From: an uncultured delta proteobacterium
GTDB lineage: Bacteria > Desulfobacterota > Desulfomonilia > Desulfomonilales > Desulfomonilaceae
NCBI GenBank assembly: GCA_963789265.1
Contig: CAWBKB010000003.1
Coordinates: 448,001 to 512,000, forward strand
Direction: 5' to 3'
Length of the DNA stretch: 64,000 bases
Below, piece after piece: positions 41,471-52,796 of this stretch; position 1 is the first letter of the stretch; each line of letters opens with the position of its first letter. A program made the position numbers and the translations under genes. A model generated the notes under the pieces. It saw only the letters and a program-made list of their open reading frames with translations. It was not told where the DNA came from and made no database searches.

Positions 41471-42766
41471 TTAAATAACCTGTTGTTCTCCAGCCGCTTG
41501 CATTCCTGCTACTTTCTGCAGGAGGGAGGCCAATATGAAAAGGAGGGGGCCAATTATGAGGAGGATGCCCGCTACAACGAGCCCAGACACGAGACCCGGC
41601 AAGAGCATGAATATGCCGAAGGCTATGGTCATCGAATTTACCACTATCTGGGTCCCCTCCAGTCTCCTAACAACGGGGGGAACAGCAATAGGGGCCTCCG
41701 GGGGAGTCCTCATTCCATGCAGTTTCTCCAGAAATCGTTTGATAAAAAATGCGGCTCCCGTCGTGATAGTCAGAAGCCCTAGGAGTATCTGAATCATTGC
41801 GGTCAGCATACCCGGAACGATACATGAAACGGCTCCCAATCCAGCAAAGACAATGCCTATGATTATCATGAACCATGAGCGCGTATACTGGCCGAGCGGG
41901 GTGTCTCCCAAGGTCATCATCTGGATGGCCATAATGGTCAGAAGCAGACCCAGCTGACCATCTGGTGAGAACGGAAGCATGCCCAGGCTGACCGGAAAGA
42001 GCAGTAATCCAAGAAGTATGTTAAGAGATCCTGAAAGGATCAGGATTGCTGGCAAGAGAGGAAGAGAGGCCTCCCGGAATAAGCTAAAACGTCCTTGTGA
42101 ATCAGCCCGATCTGCACTCCGTATAGTCGTTGCCGAGTCATCTGGCTTCTCGGGACCATATGTCCTGGCGACCTTCCAGATACACCACGCCAGATAGAAG
42201 AAACTCATGCCATAGAACATGACAACAATGGCCGTCCGTGGGTCCGCTCTGAGGCCGGGAAAGAGTGTTATCAGGCCTGAAATGATTGTTAAGGCATAGA
42301 CAACGGCGCACGCTATGGTTAGTTGTCGTAATATTCCCGCAATCTTTATCCACATCCTCGCCTTTCTTTCAGAAATACAGAGCTGCAGAAAAAGAGCAAT
42401 ACCGCCGGCAAAAAGGACTATTCCAACCAACATGCGGACAAAGTTTGTAAAGTAACCGGGAATGAAGCAAGTGGCGATTCCAAAAATAGCCGTGCCTATT
42501 CCAACGACGACGAGCGCCCATGACCGTCGAAGGTCGCCAAACGGGGTCTTACCCATGGTGATCATCTGAAAGGAAACAATGACCAGAAAGAGGCCGTAGG
42601 TACTGTCTAGGTTATATGGCAGATCTCCGGTGTAAATCTTAAACAGCAGCAGGCCAAAGAGGAGCCAGAATACTCCGAAGATGAGTAAGACGACAACTTC
42701 CAGGGAGAGATCGGCTTCTTCCCTCACTCTTGCATGGCGTTGTTCTTGCTCGCGATCTGACGGCAT
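41471..42766 (-). CDS. Polytopic membrane protein with internal duplication
   Basis: About 12 hydrophobic helices; two homologous halves (QMITMGKTPFGDLRRSW / QMMTLGDTPLGQYTRSW). Confidence 0.82.
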   Translation of the reverse strand: MPSDREQEQRHARVREEADLSLEVVVLLIFGVFWLLFGLLLFKIYTGDLPYNLDSTYGLFLVIVSFQMITMGKTPFGDLRRSWALVVVGIGTAIFGIATCFIPGYFTNFVRMLVGIVLFAGGIALFLQLCISERKARMWIKIAGILRQLTIACAVVYALTIISGLITLFPGLRADPRTAIVVMFYGMSFFYLAWCIWKVARTYGPEKPDDSATTIRSADRADSQGRFSLFREASLPLLPAILILSGSLNILLGLLLFPVSLGMLPFSPDGQLGLLLTIMAIQMMTLGDTPLGQYTRSWFMIIIGIVFAGLGAVSCIVPGMLTAMIQILLGLLTITTGAAFFIKRFLEKLHGMRTPPEAPIAVPPVVRRLEGTQIVVNSMTIAFGIFMLLPGLVSGLVVAGILLIIGPLLFILASLLQKVAGMQAAGEQQVI

Positions 42767-43054
42767 TGAAGCATTTCCCCCTAGATTTTGAATCAGAACA
42801 CAAGCAAACGAGCTACACCATTACGCTCATATTCATAGTCAATTTTTTGCGACTGCCCCGGTTGAACAGTATCGGCCTACCTGACGGAAGCCGTGAACTA
42901 AACACTGCATTGGCACGGATCTGTCATTGCCAGCTTTGAGTATCGTTTGAGGACAGAATACCATGATTCGAGTGGGGGTGAAAGGAAATTCACATGGGTG
43001 CCGCGATCTCTTGCTAGAAATGAATTGGGTAATACCGGTGAGATAGCGTTGAAA

Positions 43055-43557
43055 AAGTTTCGAGTGCCCTCAATCCCTTTTCGGTGCCAAGGACCTCATT
43101 GTCAAGCCTCGATAGACTCGACTGGCCGGCCTGCCCCTGCTTCCTCACCTTTGCCTATGTCGAGCCGAAGTGCAGGTTCTATGCGCACAAAACCTGCGTC
43201 ATTGCAGTCCTCATACCCCTCCGCCATTTGATACACCTGCTGGCGAGCCATTTGAAGCTAAGAGTGTTTGCTGTGCAGCCAAGACCTCGCATCCTCCAAC
43301 TCACTCTTCAACGGGCCCGTCCATGATGCCGAAACGCTCATCTCTCTCTGAGTAAAAGAAAACCTGTGCCAGAGGAACTCTTGGCCTCCTGAAAATCTAT
43401 CATGATCGCAGGATTGAATTCGGGTCAAATTGTCTCTCTTGTCCCTTCACCACTCCCGCTCATCTGGTTTCCCTCGATAGCGGTCTATTTCCCCCACCAT
43501 GTCATGGGTTGACCCGAAGAACATGCTTTTCTTTGTTTACCCGCCGAATAATCCGGG
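43055..43557 (-). pseudogene. Truncated IS1380-family element (left end plus decayed transposase 5' part)
   Basis: Manual translation from ATG 43463: MSGSGE...IMIDFQEAKSSSGTGFLLLRERDERFG...QQVYQMAEGYEDCNDAGFVRIEPALRL...QSSLSRLDNEVLG, with stops and shifts; end sequence CCCGGATTATTC at 43557. Confidence 0.8.
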
Positions 43558-43563
43558 ATGATA

Positions 43564-44205
43564 TCAACTTTTGCGATAGCATTTCAACTCAAGTATAGAT
43601 TCAATTATATTAGCGTGTATAACTTCCGGAGAAGCAGTTCCGTCAATTCGCTGGATCGAGGGATCAATGAGGCTGCGATAAGCGGCATCTACCGCCTCCA
43701 GGTCCTCCCGGACCTCGAATGGGGAAAAACTGCCGCGCCCCGCGGAACCTATTCTCGCAAGTGCGGTGTCTACGGAGACCTCCAGGAGGAATGTAACGTC
43801 CGGAGAAGGTGCAAACGATCTTTGAGCGGAAATGATAGCGGTCGGATCGAGGCCGCGGGCCCCTTGATATGCCACGGACGAATATACGTACCGGTCACAT
43901 ATAACTGCGAGCCCTCGCGTTAGAGCCGGCATTATGACCCGCTGCACGTGATCGCGACGGTCCTCGGTGAACAGCCGCGCCTCTTCTTCCGGATCCGGCC
44001 GCGAGGTTAAAGACCTGATCGTTCGCCCGGTCGGGCCGTCGGAGGGTTCGGCAGTCAGAAGGACAGGGAGGCCCAGCGCAGTGAGTCGTTGCGCCAAGAG
44101 TTTCGCCTGAGTGGTTTTTCCTGAGCCGTCGATTCCCTCGAAGACTATGAAACAGGGTCTGATCCTGGATTTGTCCCATGATGGAGGGGGTGTATCGACT
44201 GTCAT
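43564..44205 (-). CDS. tmk: Thymidylate kinase
   Basis: FIVFEGIDGSGKTT, EP, DRYVYSSVAYQG. Confidence 0.95.
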   Translation of the reverse strand: MTVDTPPPSWDKSRIRPCFIVFEGIDGSGKTTQAKLLAQRLTALGLPVLLTAEPSDGPTGRTIRSLTSRPDPEEEARLFTEDRRDHVQRVIMPALTRGLAVICDRYVYSSVAYQGARGLDPTAIISAQRSFAPSPDVTFLLEVSVDTALARIGSAGRGSFSPFEVREDLEAVDAAYRSLIDPSIQRIDGTASPEVIHANIIESILELKCYRKS

Positions 44206-45209
44206 GGAATGAGTGCGGCGCCTGCTTTAAGAACGCTTTCTTTCATCATTCTCAGAACTGCATTGGCTTCGTAAAGAGGAAATGAGTCCACCACCGTTCG
44301 GATCGGAATTTCAGCGGCTACTTTGAGAAGTTCGGCCGCGTCCCGGCGAGTGGTATTTGCAACACTGCGCATTGTCCTCTCCCCGTAGATGAGGTCATAG
44401 TCAAGTTCGGGGATGCGAGTCATTGTGATTCCTGCCAGGGCCAAAGTGCCCCCTTTGTTCAAGGCTTGTAAAGCTTGGGGTACCAGCGTGCCCGCGGGCG
44501 CAAAGATGATGGAGCCGTCAAGGGGGTCGGCAGAAGCCGCGTCGGGTGCCCCAACCCACTCGGCTCCCAATTCTTCGGCCAGTTTTTGATGGCGCGGGCT
44601 TCGCGTGAACACGTGGACTTTACACCCCATTTTCACAGCCACCTGAATAACCACGTGGGCCGAGTTACCGAAGCCATATAGACCAAGCCTTTGGCCGGGC
44701 TTAATTTCGCTCAATCGCAAGGCCCTGTATCCTATGACTCCACCGCAGAGGAGAGGCGTTGCTTCGACATCGGAAAACACTTCCGGGATAGGAAAAGCCG
44801 AATCTTCAGGAACTACCATATATTCCGCGTACCCACCATTCACATGATAGCCGGTGAACAGGGCGTTGGGGCACAGGTTTTCCCTCTCCTCCAGACAAAA
44901 GCGGCACGAACCGCATCCGGAAAAGAACCAGGTCACCCCCACGCGATCCTGCTCTCTTATGCGATGAGTAGCCGATCCCGCCTTCACGACTCGCCCCACA
45001 ACCTGATGGCCCGGGACTAGCGGCAGCAATGGCAACAGCAGGTCCCCTTCTGCTGTGTGTAAGTCCGTATGGCATACCCCGCAGGCCAGCACTTTTATCA
45101 GTAGTTCGCCTGCTTCCGGTTCGGGAAGAGGAAGATCGGCCCTTTTCAAGGGGTTCTGCTCGATAAGCGCCGTCTGTTCGAGGAGCATGGCTTTCATGTT
45201 CGAAACCAA
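44202..45209 (-). CDS. Zinc-dependent alcohol dehydrogenase family protein
   Basis: CGVCHTD, PGHQ, CGSCRFC...C, GLYGFG. Confidence 0.93.
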   Translation of the reverse strand: MVSNMKAMLLEQTALIEQNPLKRADLPLPEPEAGELLIKVLACGVCHTDLHTAEGDLLLPLLPLVPGHQVVGRVVKAGSATHRIREQDRVGVTWFFSGCGSCRFCLEERENLCPNALFTGYHVNGGYAEYMVVPEDSAFPIPEVFSDVEATPLLCGGVIGYRALRLSEIKPGQRLGLYGFGNSAHVVIQVAVKMGCKVHVFTRSPRHQKLAEELGAEWVGAPDAASADPLDGSIIFAPAGTLVPQALQALNKGGTLALAGITMTRIPELDYDLIYGERTMRSVANTTRRDAAELLKVAAEIPIRTVVDSFPLYEANAVLRMMKESVLKAGAALIP

Positions 45210-45226
45210 TATGTTGCGCTGACGGC

Positions 45227-47159
45227 TTACTTGATCGCTTCTGTAGAAAGTTTAGTCTTGTCGGAAAACGTTGCTGTCACAATCAGCACGGACTTAGGAT
45301 CCGACAACAATCCGTTATCCGACGCGTATAGGTAGAAAGTCCTTCGGCCGGAAACAGGAACGTGCAATGGGCCCGGTTTCTGATTTATCAGCTTATAAAT
45401 CTTTGGGTAGACCGTCACCCCCAGCAACATTTCAGGGGCTTTGGGCTCAGTGGACCAACGGCTGGTTCCATCCTCACTCCTGATTTCTACCTTCATGAGT
45501 TTCTTGTCCTCCACTTGAAGTTTCATAATGAAGGTTCCGTTAAGGTAGCCGCTCTTTCCCGGCCTGGTGGACGGATTGACTAAATCGGCGATGAAACCTC
45601 TGAATTCACAGGTTATGAGGCCCTTTGCCGTGGTGCCGGCTTCCTCGGTTCCCGGGACAACGGTCGAAGTTGTAGCTAAAGGCTTGCGAATGGGCTGCTG
45701 GTAAGATCGGCCGTCCGTCAGGTGAACAATCATGCGAAATCGATCGTATGTTGTTGCCAGGTCTCCGGGATCAGCGGCATACACGTAGAATTGAGTCCTT
45801 TTGTTTACGGGAATCTTCACGGAGCCGTCCGAATTATTCAGAAGGGTTGTGGGCGCGCTCTGATAAGCCACGGCCAATCCCCAGTTTCCGGACTCTGCTC
45901 CATGCGTGCTCCATCTGGTAGGCAAGCCCTGAGTGCTGTTGATTTCAATGCCGGTGATAGAGTTCTTCGGTGAAATTTCAATGTCCAGACCGAACACTGC
46001 GTCTGCGACTCCGTCAGGTTTCAGACTCGGATAAGGCCCCACAGCGTCGGTCGACGCGAATCCAAGCCATGTCGCAAGGAAATTCACTTTGGACGCAGAA
46101 ACCTGAGATTCTCCCTTAGTTTCCTGAGTTGTCTGAGCAATTCTTTGGGCCAGACACCTGGAGACCCCCCCGGCCTTGAACGCAACGGACACCCAATAAT
46201 TTGTCTTTCCTTCTGCAATACTCCCATTATCTGCGACGTAAAGATTGAGATCTACTCGGTCTTTGACCTTGATAGAAACCGTCCCGTCCCTATTATTCAG
46301 CAAACGTACCGGGGCGGACTCCAACGCGACTCCGATAGCTCCGTTATTAGTGCTGGGCACGGTGTCCCAGATGGATGGAGTACCGTCTGCGTTGCGGATC
46401 TCGATGGCTGTGATCTCTCGGTCCGGCGCTTCAACGGTTAAGACAAACAAGCCGTTAGGTTTGCCAGAGGGTCCTATAGTCTTGCCTGCGTTCACCGCGT
46501 CAAAATTCGAAATGCCTTTGAGTACGGCCGACATGCGCACAGGTGCCGAGCTTAATTGGGGTGAAGGGGCTTGTGAGGCAAGTGCTGCCGGGGATTGCAC
46601 CGGGCCGGTCCAAGAGGTGCCGTCGATGGCAATCACCTTTATCTGGTATGTACAGACCCTTTTCGGAAAATGTGCCGTCATCAGCCACAAAGAGAAGAAA
46701 ATGCTTGTCCGCTCGCGGGTCGATATTCAAGGGACCCCCCTGGGGGTTAACAATCCGGGACGGAGTCTTGGAGCGGGCAACTCCCATATATCCTGCGCCC
46801 GAGGCTTTGCCTGAACTGCTCCAGAATCCCGGGGATCCGGCGACCGCCCTGATTTGAATTTCCGAGATCACTGGTTCGGAAGGGCGGGGCTTCAGAATCA
46901 ACGAGAAGGCGACATCCGGTCTGCTAGTGGGAGTAGCAGAGGTCGGCCCCACGCGGTGGGATTTCAACACACCAAGGAACGTGGCTTTGCCCCTGGGAAC
47001 GGGCTGAGTATACGCCGTACCGGCAACAAGCATAAGAATCGCTGCCAGGGCTATTTTCAAGGAAAGACGTATGGACAATTGTTCGGGCAGACGCGGCCTC
47101 CCTCCATTGGGAGCTTGATCCAGACGGAACCCTTCGGTAGTCGGAAATCTAGTTGACAA
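45227..47159 (-). CDS. Secreted protein of four ~130-aa beta-rich repeats, frameshifted near 46660
   Basis: ORFs 46500-47159 and 45227-46690 join into one protein; signal-peptide-like segment; four repeats ending (Y/F)(V/A)(A/S)DxG. Exact start uncertain. Confidence 0.75.
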
Positions 47160-47338
47160 CCTTTTGGAATGTCAATAAAAAATTCCCCCTTACAATTCCA
47201 TCGTAGCCACTTTCAAATTTGGTGGCTTCCACACGTGTCTACCGGCTGGACCACTTTTTCACACCGGCCGATCGTATCGACGAATTATACTGTCACAAGC
47301 GGCTCTTCGTATCAAGAGCGTCCATCCCGCGCTTTGTG

Positions 47339-47368
47339 TTGACACAACCGAGCCCCGGATCTTACAAT
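47339..47368 (+). promoter_or_regulatory. Putative sigma70 promoter of mtnP
   Basis: TTGACA-18 nt-TACAAT, 43 nt upstream of the GTG start. Confidence 0.55.
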
Positions 47369-47411
47369 CACGCCCTTAAGTCTTGCATTCACACTTTGGA
47401 GGACAAGTTTC

Positions 47412-48198
47412 GTGGCAAAGATCGGTATGATAGGTGGGTCCGGCTTCGATGATCCTGATTTCCTGACGGATATGAAAACCGTTAAGAAAGGAACGCCCTT
47501 CGGTTCTCTTTCTCACGACCTCATAACTGGTAAGGCCTACGGCATCGAAGTGGTCATTCTTCTCCGTCACGGGGAAGGCCACAGAATAATGCCTTCGGCC
47601 ATTAATTTCAGGGCCAACATCTGGGCGATGAAAGAAATAGGAGTGACTCACATCATCGCTACCAGCGCGTGCGGATCACTGAGAGAAGAGATTAAGCCGG
47701 GCCATCTCGTATTCCCCGATCAGTTTATAGACCGAACTCGAACGCGCAAGGCCACATTCTACGAGGGAGATCAGGTCGTGCATATCTCAATGGCCGATCC
47801 CTTCTGTGAGAAGTTAAGGCAGATCCTAGTACGAACGGCCGCAGACGAGGGGATTGCCCACCACTCTACCGGGACGGTGGTTACTATCGAGGGGCCGAGG
47901 TTCTCTACTCGAGCGGAAAGCAGGATGTTCAGAATGTGGGGAGGCGATATCATCAACATGTCCACCGTTCCGGAGGCGGTGTTGGCACGCGAAGCCGGTA
48001 TTTGTTACGCGGTCGTCGCCATGAGTACCGACTATGACGCTTGGCACCACAGCGAGGAGCCTGTAACCTGGGAGATGATCGCAAATACTATGAATAAGAA
48101 ACGTCCAAAACGTAAAAAGCATCTTTTTCAGCGCCCTTCCTAAGATCACCTACGAAGATTGTTCCTGCCGGACGGCGATTGAGACTGCTGCTGTGTGA
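47412..48198 (+). CDS. mtnP: S-methyl-5'-thioadenosine phosphorylase, frameshifted near 48098
   Basis: IGGSG, RHG, ACGSL, EGPRFSTRAES, NMSTVPE, TDYD. Removing one A restores the tail NVQNVKSIFFSALPKI...AAV* (stop 48196-48198). Confidence 0.93.
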
Positions 48199-48592
48199 CA
48201 CCAATTCGCGTTCAAAATTGTGCGAAAATCCCCTGGACCCCCGTTAGGCGTTAAAGTAATGCCTAATACCAGTGCGCGATCAAACGATGAACAATCTAGG
48301 CAATACGGTACGGATCTGACAAAGCCTCCCGCCGGACGCGGGAACCACCATCATGGCGCCAGGTCAGTGCCGTTGGCTATCGGTCGATTCTCACCAGTTT
48401 GAAAGCGAATCGAAGGATACCGTACCGGGGTGTGAAGCGCGGTTTTCAATGCAGTTCATTATAACTGTGCAGTTTCGACTCCGGCCGGAACTGAATCTAT
48501 CTCATAGAGTCTCAAAAAACCAGAACCGTCCAATCCGGTAGGTAGTATGTTATTAACCTTTTCAGGAGCGATCAATCTGGAGGTGTCGGTAC

Positions 48593-50303
48593 ATGGATTT
48601 GGCTGAACGCATCACAACGGCCCTGGGGAAGAAACCAGTGGACCTGCTCCTCAAAAGGGGCGAATTGGTTAACGTGGTATCCGGCGAGATTCACCCGGTT
48701 TCAATTGCAGTCCATGAAGGTATTGTAGTGGGCTTCGGTGAATACGAATCGGTTGAAACCGTTGATCTCGAAGGCCGTTATGTTTCGCCGGGCTTCATTG
48801 ACGGGCACCTTCATCTCGAATCCAGTATGCTCAGCATACCGGAATTTGCTCGCAATGTTGTCCCTCTGGGAACAACCACTGTGGTGGCGGACCCCCATGA
48901 AATAGCCAATGTAATGGGACTGGAAGGAATCAAATACATTTTGGAATCGAGCGAGAGCTTGCCGCTGCGAGTTTTCGTCATGTTTCCCTGCTGCGTGCCG
49001 GCCACCCCGTTTGAAACCTCCGGCGCGAAACTTGGCCCAACGGACATGAACAGTTTCAGGGACAGCGGGCGCGTCCTTGGCTTGGCTGAAATGATGAACT
49101 ATCCGGGCGTGCTCATGGCAGATCCCGAAGTAATTGCCAAAATCAACGTGTTCCGGGGGAAGGTCCTTGATGGGCATGCCCCCGGTCTCACGGGAAAGGA
49201 CCTCTGCGCGTACAGTTGTCGCGGGCATAGGATCGGACCACGAGTGCACCTCCTTGGAGGAAGCCCGCGAAAAACTCCGGAACGGCATGAGCATCATGAT
49301 ACGGGAGGGCTCCGCGGCGAAGAACCTCGACGCGCTGCTCCCATTGGTCAATGAGCACAACTCTCGAAATTGTTTTTTTGTCACTGACGATTTGGATCCG
49401 GAGGATATTCTTGAGAAGGGCCACATAAACAATCTCGTTCGTACCGCTATCAGCAAAGGGCTGGATCCAATCCGAGCAATTCAGATGGCGACAATAAACC
49501 CGGCGGCTTACTTCAGACTCAAAGAGCTGGGCCGGGTCGCGCCCGGATATTCGGCTGACCTGCTAATTTTGGACGATCTGAGCCAAGTTTCGATCAACCG
49601 TGTCTATCAGTCGGGGCGTCTCGTGGCAGAGGCAGGCAGGCTGGTTGTTCCCTCAGTATCAGCCGAGACAGCACAATTGCCGTACAGCGTGAACGTAGCT
49701 TGGGACAAGGTGAAAGATTTTTCCATCAAGGCGGAAGGCACTGCGGTCAACATCATTGAGGTGGTGCCGGGTCAGATCGTCACTAAGAAAGTGGTTGAAC
49801 AAGCACCGATCCAGGATGGAGTTGTTGTAGCAGAGCCGGCGAGGGACATTCTGAAGATCGCTGTCGTCGAACGGCATCATGGCACAGGAGCGTTCGCTCT
49901 GGCACTCATCCGCGGATTCGGATTGAAACTGGGGGCCATCGCATGCACGGTGGCCCACGACTCTCATAACATCATTGTCGTGGGAGCAAACGACTCCGAC
50001 ATGCTGGCAGCGGCCCGAGAAGCGGCGAGAATGGGAGGGGGCCTCGCGACCGTGGCTGAAGGGAGGACGCTGGCAGGTGTGCCTCTGCCCATTGCCGGGC
50101 TAATGTCCGACAAGCCGATTCAAGAGGTGCGCGATTCACTGAAAAAGGTAGTCCATGCAGCCCACGACCTGGGCTGTTCGCTGGAAAATCCCTTTGCCAC
50201 CCTTTCGTTCATGGCTTTAACTCCCATACCCGAGCTGAAATTGACGGACCAGGGTCTTTTTGACTCGTTGAATTTTAAGTTCGTGTCCTTATTTGCCGAC
50301 TGA
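48593..50303 (+). CDS. ade: Adenine deaminase, frameshifted near 49215
   Basis: DGHLHLESS, DPHEIAN, EMMNYP, DGHAP in the first frame; SDHE, REGSAAKN, AHDSHN in the second. Confidence 0.94.
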
Positions 50304-52617
50304 TGACAAAACCAGGCACTATTAAATCATTTCGGGAATACGCGGTCGCAAGATACTCTGGGCAGAAGTTGGCGACCCGACCGGTAACCTCTTTCGCGAC
50401 TCTCTGCGGGGCTTGGCACCCACGGTTCAGCGCTGTGGGTAAATGGGTCTTACTGCCCATAACGTTGATACTTGTGCTGAGCTATTTTGGCGAGTCGTCT
50501 TTTGCAGCAGCCGCCAGTGAGCCTTTGAAGCTGGACGGGACAACAAGCCGGTACAACTTGCAAGGACATCTTGAGGTCTACCAAGACAAGGTCGGCACCG
50601 AAAGCTTTAAGAGCGTCGAGTATCAAAAATTCAGCCCAACCGACAAAGCCGTCCCGAACTACGCCTTCACCCGGTCCGCTTATTGGATAAAATTGGCTGT
50701 CGAGAATACTACCTCAAAGGTGCAGACGCTTCTTTTACAAGTAGCAAACCCATATCTGGATTTCATTGATATCTTCGTTAAGTCTGACCGCAATGCAACT
50801 ATAGATCGATATCGTGCCGGCGCGTGCCGACCAATGGACAAAAAGCTGATCAGGGGGCGTGAACCTGTCTCTAAATTGTTATTTAAGCCTGGGGAAACGA
50901 AGACAATTTTTCTCGGAGTCAAGTCCGGGACCAGTTTGCGAGTTCCCTTAAGCCTTTCCACGGAGAAGAGTTACCATGACGACGAACTGAAACGATACAT
51001 GCTCCTGGGACTATTCTACGGCGTTCTGGGTTTTCTGATCATATTCAACATCTTCGGATGGTCGATTCTAAAGCAAAGGGCTTACTTTTACTATATCTGG
51101 CTTCTCATTGGCCTGGCCCTTTGCGAACTGAGCTATGACGGTTTGATTCCCGAAGTAACAATCTTCTCTAGACCCGAACTGATACAGCATCTTTTTAATT
51201 CAGGGATAGGGTTGACGTTTATTTTCAACACGCTTTTTGCATCTTCTTTCATGGACGCCAGGACGAAGTACCCGATCCTCTATAGAATCTTCGATGTTTT
51301 TCTGGTACTTGCAGTTTTCAATACTATTCTGTTTGTCGTCTTGTATTACGCGGGCAACTTCATGGCGCTGCTTTACGGCCCCCTACTGGCTTGTGCCTTG
51401 GCTCTAGTAACCGGGTTGATTTGGTATAAGGGAGAATCCCATGTGCGGTACCTGTTCATGGGACATGTCCAGTTCCCGATCATTGCTGCGGCGCACGTCG
51501 GTATGATGTTGGGCATCCTGCCGTTCTATTTCATGTTGGCTGAGTACGGGGTGAAATTCGGATACCTGTGGCAGGGGATGTTCTTGTCCTTGGCTTTGGC
51601 CGACAGATACTCAATCATGCAGCGAAATTTCCAACATGTCCTCGAAAACAAAGTCACAGAGCGCTCAGCAGCGCTGGTCGAGGCTAATGAGAAACTTCAG
51701 CGCGAAATGGCCGAGCGAAAACGCGGAGAAAAGGCCATTACCAAGGCGAAGCGCGAATGGGAGGAAACGTTTGACACTGTTCCCGACCTCATTGCCATCA
51801 TCGACAGAAACCATGTTATCCAGCGTCTGAACAAAGCAATGGCCTCCAAACTGGAGCTGCATCCAAGGGAGGCTATCGGCCGAAAGTGCTATGAATTCTG
51901 TCATGGAACCGACCGGCCGTATCTCGGCTGTCCGCTTTTGCAAAGCGTCGCCGACGGTGAGGAGCATTCCGCGGAAGTGAACGAACCCAAGCTGGAAGGG
52001 ACATTTCTCGTGTCGGTCACGCCCATGAAGACGAACGGATTTCAGCCGGACAGGTTCGTGCACGTGGCTCGAGACATAACGGAACGCAAGACCTTGAAGA
52101 ACGGCTTCGCAAGCTGGCGACCACCGATAGTCTGACCGATATCGGGAACCGACGACACTTTGGGGTTCTGGTTAGAGGCGAGCTTGAGCGAGCAAAGCGA
52201 TACGGCGGCGATTTGGCTCTGATGATGATAGACCTGGATCACTTCAAAGAGATCAACGATGCGTACGGTCATGCTGTCGGTGACGAAGCGCTTCAAATGG
52301 TAGCCAACATAGGCCGCAAAATTTTGAGAAGCGTTGATTTCTTCGCTCGGTACGGCGGGGAAGAATTTGCGGTTGCCCTCCCCGAAACATCTTTGGTCCA
52401 AGCGCTCAAAGTTGCCGAGCGTCTGCGGCAGACTCTCGGCGAGACTCCGATCACGCCCGGGAGGAACGCTATATACATAACCGTAAGCGTAGGGCTTTGT
52501 GTTGCCGCACCAGGATCGGTTGACTTCGACACATTGTTGCGACAAGCGGATCAGGCGCTGTACAAGGCAAAGGACAATGGTAGAAACCGCGTAGAGGTAT
52601 TCCAAAGATTTTACTGA
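50303..52617 (+). CDS. 7TMR-DISM / PAS / GGDEF diguanylate cyclase, frameshifted near 52093
   Basis: Periplasmic domain, 7 TM helices ending LALADR, PAS domain, then DLDHFKEINDAYGH and RYGGEEF. Start uncertain. Confidence 0.88.
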
Positions 52618-52670
52618 TTTTGGAAAATTGTGGCGTACAAGCTTTATTTTAGGATGCAGTCGTCCACTAT

Positions 52671-52724
52671 TGTCATTGCGAGGAGTAAGACGACGAAGCA
52701 ATGACATATTCGTGGCTCCTCGTA
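52671..52724. repeat. Degenerate copy of the TGTCATTGCGAG...CGAAGCAAT repeat
   Basis: TGTCATTGCGAGGAGTAAGACGACGAAGCAAT resembles the arm at 662-689; partial counter-arm GCTCCTCG follows. Confidence 0.65.
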
Positions 52725-52763
52725 TCCTCAAACGGAGCTAAAGGCATGATCCATTTCCTAAAA

Positions 52764-52778
52764 TAGTAATTATTCTCA
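52764..52778. promoter_or_regulatory. Putative Fur/PerR-type 7-1-7 operator
   Basis: TAGTAAT-T-ATTCTCA, an AT-rich imperfect palindrome 18 nt before the Fur-family gene. Confidence 0.5.
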
Positions 52779-52796
52779 CAACGAGCCCATGAGGCG

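Noticed and set aside
43335..43355. CTCTCTCT tract as a possible attR copy of the tRNA-Ser 3' end
   Set aside because: The match is only about 8 nt of low complexity and lies inside the IS1380 remnant.
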